Shown here piece after piece: positions 9,115 to 18,112 of a stretch of 64,000 nucleotides of DNA. Every line of letters starts with the position of its first letter. Positions within the stretch are counted from its first letter, which is position 1. The notes beneath the pieces were generated by a model. The model did not search any database. It saw nothing but the letters and a program-made list of their open reading frames with translations, and had not been told where the DNA came from. A program made the position numbers and the translations under genes. The stretch is from NCBI GenBank assembly GCA_963755125.1, contig CAVWIP010000010.1, positions 64,001-128,000 of the forward strand. Direction: 5' to 3'. Source of the DNA: an uncultured delta proteobacterium (lineage in GTDB: Bacteria > Myxococcota_A > Polyangia > Fen-1088).

Positions 9115-10932
9115 CTACTCCGAGGGAGGCGCGTCGGCCGGGGGCGCCTCCGCCTGCTCCGGCGGCTTCTCCCAGCCGCCCTCTTCCTTCGGGGGCGGCG
9201 GGCCAGCCTTCTCGAACTTGTGGGCGATGGCGAATCCCGCATTGAATTCGCCCAGCAAAATGATGGGCGCCACGCTGGACATGCCACGCGCTTCTACCCA
9301 GAGCGCAAGCCAGCGCGACAGATGATACATCATGCCCACCCCCACGCCGGCGGCCACTGGCCCTCCGCTGATCGTGTCGCTGTGGGTGGTCCCCGGGGGG
9401 CAGACTATCGTGACGTCCGTCCCATTGCACTTCTGTGCAACGTAGCCCAAGAAGGTCCTTTGCCCGCCGCCCAAAATGCCCGACCCAAACGCCTGAAAGT
9501 TCCCGCCGGTGAAGAAGGCGTACTGGGCGCGGAGAAAGAAAGCAAACGCCCAGTTCGGCGGATAGCTAACGCCGGACCGGGGGTTCCATCCGCTGGACTC
9601 GAGTGGCCTGTACTGAATGCGAGGCTGCAGCGAGAAGGCGAGCTTGTCGGTGAACTGGTAACCGAATTCCGGGACGACCTGGAGGATGCTTGCCAGAGAG
9701 TAGCCTGACCCGACGTGCAAGGGGGTCTTCTTGGGGTCGTTCGGGTCATAATCGTGGCTGTCCAGGTTGACCGGACCGTGATAGGTCACCCCTGTGCCGC
9801 CGCCCAGCGCGAGGAACACCGAACCGGGCAGGCGGCGATGGTACTTCCGCAAGTCCTCGTCGATCTGGTACTGCCTGTTGATCTCCTCCAACGGAGCCTT
9901 GTCCTCGACCATCGGCTCGGCTCTCGCGCTCGTATCCTTGCCTTGCAGCAGCAACACCAGCGCCGAGTTGTTCATGGGCGCGGCCCCGTCGACGATGGGC
10001 ATCAGGTTCGGGCTGTCGGCGCTTCCGATGGTCAGGGACTCCTTCGAGCCCGGGACCTTCGCTTCCAAGTAGAACTGAAATGCATTTCCCGTGACCGCGG
10101 CGGCGGCGACCGTCGCCGTGAGCCAGCCTTTGGGCGAACGAGTCATGGGCAAGGGCGTGAAATCTTCAGCGCCACTTTCACGATAGAAGAGCGTGGCGCT
10201 GGAGCGCCGTGGCTGCTTCTGGGTAACGCAGCGGACGAGGATATCCTCTTTGGGCGGCACCTCGCTGGGCAGCGGGCAGTAGAATGGTTCTGGAACCTTT
10301 GCGGGCGGCGGCGGCTCTTCCTCGTCCGCGACTTTCCTGGCCCCACGCATTCCACGACGGCCACCGCCGGTCGCACCAACCGGGGAAGCGCTGGCCGGTG
10401 CTGCGGAGGCCGTGCGATCCTCGACAGCCGGCGCAGGACCGGAAGCTGCCGGCCCTGCCGGAGTCTTGCCGGCGGACGCCGCCGCACTCCGAGCTGCCGG
10501 GGGAAGACTCGCCTGGCTGCGGGCCGCGTCGAAGGCTTCGTCCAGGGCAGCCGTCTCGACCTGCGGCGTGATCTTGATGTTGGGGTTGATCTTCAGGGCC
10601 ATCACCAGCTGTCGGATGGCCTTGTTCCTGTCGTTGAAGCCCGTCATGTAGACGGCCGCCAGATGCACATGGGTGCGCGCCGCGATCTCATGGTCCCCCA
10701 TGTTCGCGTCGGTGAGCAGCGCGACGGCGCCCCAGAGCGCGTCGCGCGCGGCCTCGTGCTTGCCCGCCTGTAGCTGGGCCAAGGCCTGCTTGTTGATCTC
10801 GACAACTTTGGTCACCGTGTCCTGCCCCTTGCCTGACCTGCCGGCAGCGGCGACTGGACCGGCCTGCAAAGACAGACCGAAGACGACCAGGGAAAACACA
10901 AGGGGCGAGAGGAAACAGCGGGACATCTTCAT
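9115..10932 (-). CDS. Secreted TPR protein with Ala/Pro linker and probable C-terminal beta-barrel
   Basis: AGGAG RBS and ATG at 10932; signal peptide; TPR-like helices (AIRQLVMALKINP); amphipathic beta-strands near the C-terminus (VVPEFGYQF, FLRAQYAFF, VGMMYHL). Confidence 0.7.
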   Translation of the reverse strand: MKMSRCFLSPLVFSLVVFGLSLQAGPVAAAGRSGKGQDTVTKVVEINKQALAQLQAGKHEAARDALWGAVALLTDANMGDHEIAARTHVHLAAVYMTGFNDRNKAIRQLVMALKINPNIKITPQVETAALDEAFDAARSQASLPPAARSAAASAGKTPAGPAASGPAPAVEDRTASAAPASASPVGATGGGRRGMRGARKVADEEEPPPPAKVPEPFYCPLPSEVPPKEDILVRCVTQKQPRRSSATLFYRESGAEDFTPLPMTRSPKGWLTATVAAAAVTGNAFQFYLEAKVPGSKESLTIGSADSPNLMPIVDGAAPMNNSALVLLLQGKDTSARAEPMVEDKAPLEEINRQYQIDEDLRKYHRRLPGSVFLALGGGTGVTYHGPVNLDSHDYDPNDPKKTPLHVGSGYSLASILQVVPEFGYQFTDKLAFSLQPRIQYRPLESSGWNPRSGVSYPPNWAFAFFLRAQYAFFTGGNFQAFGSGILGGGQRTFLGYVAQKCNGTDVTIVCPPGTTHSDTISGGPVAAGVGVGMMYHLSRWLALWVEARGMSSVAPIILLGEFNAGFAIAHKFEKAGPPPPKEEGGWEKPPEQAEAPPADAPPSE

Positions 10933-11006
10933 GGATGCAGCTCCTGGGGACGGAGCCTGATCATTATGCTGGCTTTGAGGAGATGTCCATTCCTGCAATT
11001 GACATT

Positions 11007-11319
11007 GGAACCCTGGGAGGGTTCCCAACCCCTCCCGCGATGGTGCGCCCCCGGCAAAGCCGGCGGGCTCCCCACGCGTTTGATATGGGAACCTGGGAGG
11101 GTTCCCAACCCCTCCCGCGATGGTGCGCCCCCGGCAAAGCCGGCGGGCTCCCCACGCGTTTGATATGGGAACCTGGGAGGGTTCGCTCCGCCCTTCGGCC
11201 CCCCACGCCCACCCCCACCCCGCTCGCTGCGCTCGGTCTCGCCAACCCCTCCCGCGCTCTGGCTCCGGTGGGCAAAGCCCGCCTTCGCCTACGCGATCGT
11301 GCGAACCCTGGGAGGGTGC
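11007..11319. repeat. Tandem array of an ~80-bp palindromic (REP/RPE-like) element
   Basis: Exact 80-bp period over 11012-11184. A third, diverged unit carries an ~55-bp insert, and a terminal half-unit GAACCCTGGGAGGGTGC abuts the stop codon at 11319. Confidence 0.95.
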
Positions 11320-12503
11320 TAGGGGCAAGGCTGGTGTGCCGGATCGCAGCCACCGCGGGGCGCTGGCACAACCAGGGGAGAGGTGTCGTCGGGGTCCGCC
11401 TCGATGAAGTAGCCATCGCCGTCCGCATCAACCCGGGGCGGATCCGTCGCCACATAGTGGTCGCCGGCTACCCAGTAGTCTATGCCGTCTGCTGTACGCA
11501 GCACGATGTGTCCCACCACGCGCGCGCCGCGCAGGTCGGTGTCGGGGTTGCCGCGCTCGGTAAGATAGAGAGCGCCGGTGGCGGCAAGCCGGTCAATGGC
11601 GGCCTGGTGGGGATGGCCGTCAGGGTTGTCGTCGCCCACTTCGATGATATCGACCCTGGGCTGCAGTTCGGCCAGGAAGGTGGGGCTGGACGAATAGGTG
11701 CTGCCGTGGTGACTGACCCGATAAACGTCCACATCCTTGGCCAGCGGAGCCACGGCGTACTCGATGTCGTGGTACGAGTAGCCGACCTCAGACACCAACG
11801 TCTGGCCCGAAAGATCGCCACCCGAGAAGTAGTCGAGCAGGCCGAAGCGCAGGACGAAAGCCAGCGAGTAGTCGTTCTCGCTGGGCGGGTCTGGGTCGTC
11901 GGCGGGTCCACCGGCGAGAAGCAAGCCATTGCCGTCCACGGCAACCACCCGCACGGACACACCCGGCCCGAGATCGATCTGACCGTCGCCCAGCGCGGCG
12001 ATTTCAGGGTGCAGCAGGTCCTGTCCCTCGCCGGCAAGATACTCGCGCCAGCGCGCCAGGGTTCCCCCGCCTTCGCCTGGGTACTGGGAGTAATCCCGGC
12101 GCAGCAACTTGCCCACCGTGAAGCCCTGCAGGTTGACCAGGTGCCAGATGCCGCCGTAGCCCGGATACCCGGTGTGGTCCAGATGGAAGTGGCTGACCAT
12201 CACATAGTCCAGATGGGAGGAGCCAAGGATGCTCTTGATGTACGGCCCGACTATCAAGGCCCCGTCGTCGGCGTCCCAGTCAGCCTCGCCCGCATCCACC
12301 AGCATGCTGCGGCCCGTGGGCCCCACGATCAGCGTGCTACATGCCTGGCCAGCATCGATGTGATGGATCTCGAGCCAACCCGCCTGCCAGGCGCCCCCAC
12401 CGGGCGGGTCAGTCCCGGAAACGGCCGGTATCTTGCCGCCGGGAACCAGGCTGCAGCCGGCAAGGAAGAGCAAACACCCGCGGAGTACCAAGAAGAGGCG
12501 CAT
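11319..12503 (-). CDS. ComEC/Rec2-like metallo-beta-lactamase-fold lipoprotein
   Basis: Lipobox LAGC; HHIDAGQA, LVDAG, SHFHLDH (HxHxDH), ENDYS, GGD, SHHGS, GHP; C-terminal DADGDG..DPDD Ca-binding-like motif. Confidence 0.85.
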   Translation of the reverse strand: MRLFLVLRGCLLFLAGCSLVPGGKIPAVSGTDPPGGGAWQAGWLEIHHIDAGQACSTLIVGPTGRSMLVDAGEADWDADDGALIVGPYIKSILGSSHLDYVMVSHFHLDHTGYPGYGGIWHLVNLQGFTVGKLLRRDYSQYPGEGGGTLARWREYLAGEGQDLLHPEIAALGDGQIDLGPGVSVRVVAVDGNGLLLAGGPADDPDPPSENDYSLAFVLRFGLLDYFSGGDLSGQTLVSEVGYSYHDIEYAVAPLAKDVDVYRVSHHGSTYSSSPTFLAELQPRVDIIEVGDDNPDGHPHQAAIDRLAATGALYLTERGNPDTDLRGARVVGHIVLRTADGIDYWVAGDHYVATDPPRVDADGDGYFIEADPDDTSPLVVPAPRGGCDPAHQPCP

Positions 12504-12634
12504 GCCGGGTTATCGACAAGGGCGCTCTCAGGTTGCGTGGGCAAGACCCGGGGCGCGCCCCGGAGCCGCACGCGACCGCGGCCCCGCGTAGCGCCGCGGC
12601 CGCGCGGGTCCCGGAAAATTCTGTTGCCGCAATC

Positions 12635-12677
12635 AAAAGCGAGGCCCGCCGCTCAGGCTGCTGCCAGGCGGCGGGCT
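12635..12677 (-). terminator. Rho-independent terminator of the small secreted protein gene
   Basis: On the minus strand, stem GCCCGCCGC/GCGGCGGGC is followed by CTCGCTTTTG, starting about 17 nt after the stop. Confidence 0.65.
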
Positions 12678-12693
12678 GTGGAAGACGGACTGG

Positions 12694-12945
12694 CTACTTC
12701 TTGGGCGCGGGTGCCGGAGCAGCGGTCGGAGCAGCGGCCGGAACCGACGCGGGCGCCTTCTCCTCGACAGCCTTCTTGCCCTTCTTGCCCTTCTTGCCCT
12801 TGGCATCGGCGGGCTTGGCCGAGTCGGCCTGCGCGACCTTCCTGGCAGCGACGGGCGTGGGCGCCTTGTGGCTGACCTTGGCGGCAAAGGCCGACGTGCC
12901 GGTGAGCGTGGCGATTCCGAGTGCGATGATGAGCTTCTCGAACAT
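12694..12945 (-). CDS. Small secreted Lys/Ala/Pro-rich protein (83 aa)
   Basis: AAAGGAG RBS; signal peptide MFEKLIIALGIATLTGTSAFA; KGKKGKKGKK encoded by a 9-bp triple repeat; own promoter and terminator. Confidence 0.8.
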   Translation of the reverse strand: MFEKLIIALGIATLTGTSAFAAKVSHKAPTPVAARKVAQADSAKPADAKGKKGKKGKKAVEEKAPASVPAAAPTAAPAPAPKK

Positions 12946-13005
12946 GGCGGCGACTCCTTTCCCTTGGGTTTGTGTGCTGTGAAAGCGTCTCTGTCTGGTT
13001 GGAAA

Positions 13006-13021
13006 TGCAGCGGCCGTGCCA
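13006..13021 (-). promoter_or_regulatory. Sigma54 (-24/-12) promoter
   Basis: Minus strand TGGCAC-GGCCG-CTGCA (GG-N10-GC), about 60 nt upstream of the ATG at 12945. Confidence 0.7.
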
Positions 13022-13170
13022 GCGAGGAATGCCGCGTGTTCTCCGCGAAATTCCGCCGTTTCGCTGTTGCCGCCTCCGAGGCCAGCAGCCAATCCGCCCG
13101 CTCACATGAGGCGTTCTGGGAAGGAGTGTGAAAACTGGCGCTCACCCGCGCGCCGGGTGAAGGTGGGCCC

Positions 13171-14400
13171 ATGGGCGCGTTCATCAACGCGTTTCGCAGC
13201 AAGCGGGTGGGCATGCTCATCGCGTTGGGCTTTGCCTCTGGGCTGCCGCTGGCACTCACGCGCACGACCCTGAGCGCGTGGATGACCAATGCCGGCGTCA
13301 ATCTGAAAACCATCGGGCTCTTCTCGCTGGTGACCCTGCCCTACTCGTTCAAGTTCGTGTGGGCGCCGCTGCTCGACCGCTTCAGCTTTCCGCTGTTCGG
13401 CCGGCGCCGGGGCTGGATGGCGCTGACCCAGGTGGGCCTGCTGCTGGCTGTCTGGATCATGGCGGACATCAATCCGAAAGACGCGCCGCTGGCCATCGCG
13501 GCCCTTGCCATGACGGTCGCGTTTCTCTCCGCCAGCCAGGATGTGGTGGCCGACGCCTACCGCACCGACGTCTTGCCCCCGGCCGAGCGCGCATCCGGGA
13601 CGTCGACCTGGATTCTCGGCTACCGCATCGCCATGTTGGTCTCGGGCGCCGGGGCCCTGGTACTTTCCGACCACATGCCGTGGTCGCGCGTGTACGGCGT
13701 GATGGCGCTTCTGATGCTCATGGGCATCATCGCCACCTGGCGCGCACCCGAGCCCGAGGTCGTGCGGCCTCCGCGCACGATTGCCGACGCCGTGGTCAAG
13801 CCGTTCGTGGACTTCTTCTCGCGCAAGGGCGCGGCCGCGGCGCTCGCATTCGTCATGCTCTACCGGATCGGCGACACCATCGCCGGCGGCATGGTGCTGC
13901 CGTTTCTCATCAAGCTAGGCTTTTCCAACAGCCAGATCGGCTATTGGAGCAAGGGCGTGGGCTTCGCCGCGACCATCGGCGGCGTCATGCTGGGCGGCGG
14001 TCTGGTGGCCAAGTACGGCGTGCGCCGCTGCCTGCTGACCTTCGGCGTGATGATGATGATCGCCAACACTGGCTACCTGGCGCTGGCCATGCACGGCAAG
14101 AGCGTCGCGCTGCTGGCGACCGCCATTGGCATCGACAATGTCTGCGGCGGCATGGTGGACGCGGCCTTCGCCGCCTTCATCATGTCTTTGTGTAACAAGT
14201 CCTTCTCGGCCACGCAGTTCGCGCTGCTGTCCAGCGCCTCGACCATCATCGGTCGCATCATCAGCGCCGGATCGGGCTGGCTGGCGGCCACGGTGGGCTG
14301 GCCGATCTTCTTCGGCGTCACCATCGCGGCGGCAGTGCCAGCCCTGGTCTTGCTCGTGCTGGCCTTCCCGCACAACGCGGGCGCGGTGGATAGCACCTAG
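13171..14400 (+). CDS. ampG: AmpG-family muropeptide MFS permease
   Basis: LGFASGLP, PYSFKFVWAPLLDRF, GRRRGW, SASQDVVADAYR, GYRIAM, SATQFALLSS. Confidence 0.92.
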   Translation: MGAFINAFRSKRVGMLIALGFASGLPLALTRTTLSAWMTNAGVNLKTIGLFSLVTLPYSFKFVWAPLLDRFSFPLFGRRRGWMALTQVGLLLAVWIMADINPKDAPLAIAALAMTVAFLSASQDVVADAYRTDVLPPAERASGTSTWILGYRIAMLVSGAGALVLSDHMPWSRVYGVMALLMLMGIIATWRAPEPEVVRPPRTIADAVVKPFVDFFSRKGAAAALAFVMLYRIGDTIAGGMVLPFLIKLGFSNSQIGYWSKGVGFAATIGGVMLGGGLVAKYGVRRCLLTFGVMMMIANTGYLALAMHGKSVALLATAIGIDNVCGGMVDAAFAAFIMSLCNKSFSATQFALLSSASTIIGRIISAGSGWLAATVGWPIFFGVTIAAAVPALVLLVLAFPHNAGAVDST

Positions 14401-16001
14401 ATACTGGCCCGCAGGCCCACGCCGAAATCGAAAAGCCCGGGGCCACGGCCCGGGTAGGGATAGCCACCGAGGTTCATGGCGTCGGAGCCAAAACGAAACT
14501 CGCCGTGGTTGTTGCCCCAGTGCACGGCGGTGAACGCCTCGAAACGCAGGTGGGTGAGCAAGATGAACGAGTAGTCGAAACGGGTGATGCCGGAATGGTC
14601 GGAAAGATTGGCGAGGTTCGTCAGGGTAAAAGTTGTGTTGTCCCAGGAGTACGGCGCGGGCGCGGTGGCAAACACCGCTGCGTACTGCCGGCCCAGGTAG
14701 AAGAAAGTCGCGGGTTCGCGCAGTGGCTGCGAGTGAGGCAGGATGAGACCGGGGTAGACAGCCGTGTCGCTATATCCAAGGCCGTTGTAGAAATACTCGG
14801 CGCCAATGGTGAACACGTCATTGGCGGCGTACTTGAACGAGTAGGAGACGCCGCCGGTGGCCTGAGGCTTTACGCCGGATCCAGGCGTGACCGGGTAGAG
14901 CGTGTCGACCGCGGGTCCGAGAACGTCTTGCGCGAGAGTCGTTTGATCGACGCTGGTGGTGGGCGGCGTTCCCAAGGCGAGGGTCGACGGATCGACGTTG
15001 CGGTTGAATCCCACCCGATCGATGTCCTGCGCGAAGCGCAGCGCCACCTCGCCGTAGAAATCGAGATCCCAGATCCCGGCCGAAACATCGGCCGCCAGCT
15101 TGGGCTTGTGCCCCCGTTGCGCGAGAGCACCCAAGCCCAACTCGGCCGCGCCCCACACCACCTCGGCCCGGGCTGCCCCAGCCATGGCGCTGGCCGTGGG
15201 CGTGGCGTCCACTCCCTCGGTCAAGCCGTAGGCGTAGAAGTTCCAGCCCTGCGCCTCCCAGGGCACGTGCAGCTTGATCATGGTGGTTCCCGTGCGCGTG
15301 TCGAACACGTCGAGCGGGTTGCGATACTGGAGGTGCAAGAAGTCGGTCGGCATCCAGAAGCGGGCCGTGCCCCAGCGCACATGCTGGCGGCCTGCCGTAA
15401 CGAAAACCGTGTGTTTGATGTCGAAACGCAGCCACATCTGATCGAGCAACACCGTGGGCGTGCGCGTCTGCTGCGAGCTGAAGAGCGAGCTCAAGTTGGC
15501 CGTGCCGCCGACGGAGAAACCACCCTGAGAGCTGCCACTGATATTTGAAAGGCTGGTGTTCGCAGTGGTAGGCAAGGTCGGGTCGAAGATCGTTCGCGCC
15601 AGCACGAAGCCGCGCACCCGGTCGTTGGGCCGCACGTCCATGTACGCGTCGAGCAGAGAGGGCGACGATAAGGTCCAGTTGCCCGCGCTCTGACCCTGCA
15701 GAGCCGAACTTTGCGCGCGCAGATAGATCTGGCCGCCGATCTTCAACGGATCCTCCGGCGCCACCTCGGCCGAAAAACGGGTCGCCGCCTCCGGTGTCCC
15801 CAGATTCAGCTGATCCCGCGAATCGCCCTCTGGTTTCGTGGCCGTGGCCGTGGTCGTGGCCGTAGCCGGGACCGGAGCCGGTTCCGAAACCGGAGCCGGC
15901 GCCGCAAACATGTCGGCCTCGCTGGGCCTGTCCTGCGCTTGTGCAGAACCAACCGTCCCGACCATCGCCACCAGCACTGCCCCGATATGCCGCCCGCTCA
16001 T
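14397..16001 (-). CDS. Probable outer-membrane beta-barrel protein of the ABC/LolA-like operon
   Basis: Signal peptide ending in AQA; alternating beta-strands; GRQHVRWG..PTDFL; C-terminal strand FDFGVGLRASI; ATGA-coupled to the upstream gene. Confidence 0.7.
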   Translation of the reverse strand: MSGRHIGAVLVAMVGTVGSAQAQDRPSEADMFAAPAPVSEPAPVPATATTTATATKPEGDSRDQLNLGTPEAATRFSAEVAPEDPLKIGGQIYLRAQSSALQGQSAGNWTLSSPSLLDAYMDVRPNDRVRGFVLARTIFDPTLPTTANTSLSNISGSSQGGFSVGGTANLSSLFSSQQTRTPTVLLDQMWLRFDIKHTVFVTAGRQHVRWGTARFWMPTDFLHLQYRNPLDVFDTRTGTTMIKLHVPWEAQGWNFYAYGLTEGVDATPTASAMAGAARAEVVWGAAELGLGALAQRGHKPKLAADVSAGIWDLDFYGEVALRFAQDIDRVGFNRNVDPSTLALGTPPTTSVDQTTLAQDVLGPAVDTLYPVTPGSGVKPQATGGVSYSFKYAANDVFTIGAEYFYNGLGYSDTAVYPGLILPHSQPLREPATFFYLGRQYAAVFATAPAPYSWDNTTFTLTNLANLSDHSGITRFDYSFILLTHLRFEAFTAVHWGNNHGEFRFGSDAMNLGGYPYPGRGPGLFDFGVGLRASI

Positions 16002-16780
16002 CGCGACTTGCTCTCCAGCCAGGCCTTGGTGAACAGATTCGGCTCCAAAGGCCGCATGTCCACTGACTTAACCAGGATCAAGGTCGAGTTGGCCTTCTCC
16101 ACCTCGTCGTAGAAGCGCATCTCCTCTGGGTACCACACGTCGGTCTTCTTCGATTCGCTGTAGGCTTTCTTCCAGCGCGGATAGTACGACGTGCGCAGCA
16201 GCCGCCCGGACAAGGCGAATTCCTGGCGCTTGAGCACGTTCCTGGTCTGCTTGTCGACCCACAGCTTGATGACCGGAAACGCCAAATCGATGTTGGGTTT
16301 GCCGGTCAGCTTCATCACCTGCGCGTTGTAGGTACCCAACTTCTCTTCACCCAAGTCCTCAGGCTCGTACTCCTCGGCCAGGCGCGATTCATCGAAATCC
16401 GAACGGCGCGAATTGGTTCCGCCGATGCGCTCGCGCTCGGTGCGGCGTTCCCACTTGCCCACCGACGGATCGTAGAACCACAGGTTCTTGTCGATGCGCA
16501 GATAGCCCTGGCCCTGGGAAGACTTGGGCTTGGTGAACAGAATGATGAACTTCTGGTCCTGGCTGCGGCGGAAAACCAGGGCCTCGTAGGCCACGTCGAC
16601 CTTGTCCTTTTCCTTCTGCTCAATGTACACGAGGTCGCGCCAGTCGCCCTGATTGCGCTGCCGCTCGTCCACGGCCTTGAGAAGATCGACCAGTTCTGCC
16701 TTGCTCAAAGCCGCGGCCACGCGCGGGGCAAGCAACATCAAAACCAGCCCAAAGGCGGCTAAGAAGCGAAGAGTGCGCAT
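15998..16780 (-). CDS. Outer-membrane lipoprotein-sorting protein (LolA-like fold)
   Basis: Signal peptide; FIILFTKPKSSQGQGYLRIDKNLWFYDP, IGGTNSRRSDF, IKLWVDK, EFALSGRLLRT, LFTKAWLE. Confidence 0.8.
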   Translation of the reverse strand: MRTLRFLAAFGLVLMLLAPRVAAALSKAELVDLLKAVDERQRNQGDWRDLVYIEQKEKDKVDVAYEALVFRRSQDQKFIILFTKPKSSQGQGYLRIDKNLWFYDPSVGKWERRTERERIGGTNSRRSDFDESRLAEEYEPEDLGEEKLGTYNAQVMKLTGKPNIDLAFPVIKLWVDKQTRNVLKRQEFALSGRLLRTSYYPRWKKAYSESKKTDVWYPEEMRFYDEVEKANSTLILVKSVDMRPLEPNLFTKAWLESKSR

Positions 16781-16796
16781 TGTCATTGCTCCAGTG

Positions 16797-18110
16797 CTAT
16801 CCAAAGTGGGACATGGCCGACACCGGCTTCAGTCGCGCAGCCCGGTAGGACGGATACACCGCGGCCAAGCTTGTTACGAGAGTGATGAAAAGCGCGGCGC
16901 GCACCAGCCCGCCAGCGTGCAGGGCAAGCTGAACCCGGTCTGACATGAGAAAGAGCTGCACCGAGAGTGGCACGTGGATGCGGGCCGCATTGATCGCGCC
17001 GCCAAAACCTGCGCCGGCGAGCGCGCCGGTGCCTGTGCCGATCAGCCCGAGCAAGAGCGACTCGTACAAGAACATGCGCAACACCCCACCCCGCTGCATG
17101 CCGATGGCGCGCAAAGTGCCGATCTCGCGCGTGCGCTCGCGAATGGCGATCCACATGGTGTTCATGATGCCGGTGACCACGATGGCGATGAGGATGGTGA
17201 GCAACACCGCGGTCAGACCTCTGAGAACAGTCAGGGTCCAGGTCATGAACGAGACCTCGTCTTCCCAGGTGGTCACGTCCAGTTTCTGCCCAGTCCAGTC
17301 CTCGCGTGCCACGCTCTGAAACTTCATCCAGAACGGGTTGGGATCTGCGTCCATCACGGCCCAGCCCAGCTTCTCGAGCTGTCCGCGCAGGCGCGCTGCG
17401 ATGGCGGCCACGTCGGGAATGAACTGCGGCTTGAGGTAGATCTGGATGGCGCCGGTGGTGTCGGATCGAAGCTGATACAAGGAGCGCGTGGTTTCCACTG
17501 GAACGAAGACCCCGAACTTGCTCAGCAGTCCCATGTCCTTGGCGATGGCGACGATACGGCAGTCGACGGTGTTGGCTGCCCCGCGCGTGGTCTGCGCCGA
17601 CAGGGTGACCGCGTCGCCCACTTTGACCTTGAGCCTTTCCACCTGCGACTCGAACACCATCATGGTGTTGGGCTCGGCCAAATCCTCCAACCGCCCACTG
17701 CTCAGCTCGATGACCTTGCGGAAGCCAGGCTCGTTCTTGATGTCGATGCCGGTGATGCCGGCCTGGGTCGAGCCCAGGTCCGACACGATCTTGGCCCAGC
17801 CGCGACCGCGATGAACCAGGCTGTCCATCTCGGGCACGCTCTTTCTCACGGCGTCGATGACCTTCTCATACTCGGTGACAATTGGGCCGCCGGCGCTGCC
17901 GGTCACCTTGAAGAAGCCGCCCACGTTGACGTGCCCCGTGGAGAGGGTGGTGGCAGCCCGGATCATGGTTTCGCTCACCCCGGTCGACAGGGCGTTGAGC
18001 AGGATGAGCAAGGCGGTCACGCCGGCGACGGCCGTGGCCAGGAAGAAGGTGCGGCGGCTGTGCTGGAACAGGCTGCGAAAGGCGATACGAAGATCGAGAA
18101 GAAATCCCAT
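16797..18110 (-). CDS. ABC transporter permease (FtsX/LolE-like)
   Basis: LRIAFRSL..HSRRT N-terminus; NTMWIAIRERTREIGTLRAIG; PSYRAARLKPVSAM. Confidence 0.9.
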   Translation of the reverse strand: MGFLLDLRIAFRSLFQHSRRTFFLATAVAGVTALLILLNALSTGVSETMIRAATTLSTGHVNVGGFFKVTGSAGGPIVTEYEKVIDAVRKSVPEMDSLVHRGRGWAKIVSDLGSTQAGITGIDIKNEPGFRKVIELSSGRLEDLAEPNTMMVFESQVERLKVKVGDAVTLSAQTTRGAANTVDCRIVAIAKDMGLLSKFGVFVPVETTRSLYQLRSDTTGAIQIYLKPQFIPDVAAIAARLRGQLEKLGWAVMDADPNPFWMKFQSVAREDWTGQKLDVTTWEDEVSFMTWTLTVLRGLTAVLLTILIAIVVTGIMNTMWIAIRERTREIGTLRAIGMQRGGVLRMFLYESLLLGLIGTGTGALAGAGFGGAINAARIHVPLSVQLFLMSDRVQLALHAGGLVRAALFITLVTSLAAVYPSYRAARLKPVSAMSHFG

Positions 18111-18112
18111 GA

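Noticed and set aside
11007..11319. CRISPR array interpretation of the 80-bp repeats
   Set aside because: Whole units are duplicated with no unique spacers, the unit is too long, and there are no cas genes in the window.
12560..12614. GC-rich imperfect inverted repeat upstream of the MBL gene
   Set aside because: It is made almost only of G and C, so pairing is expected by chance, and it lacks the element's diagnostic blocks.
10935..12875. 646-aa plus-strand ORF and the N-terminal extension of the 9115 ORF to 11328
   Set aside because: They read through the repeat array and antisense to the MBL gene. The real start at 10932 has an RBS and a signal peptide.
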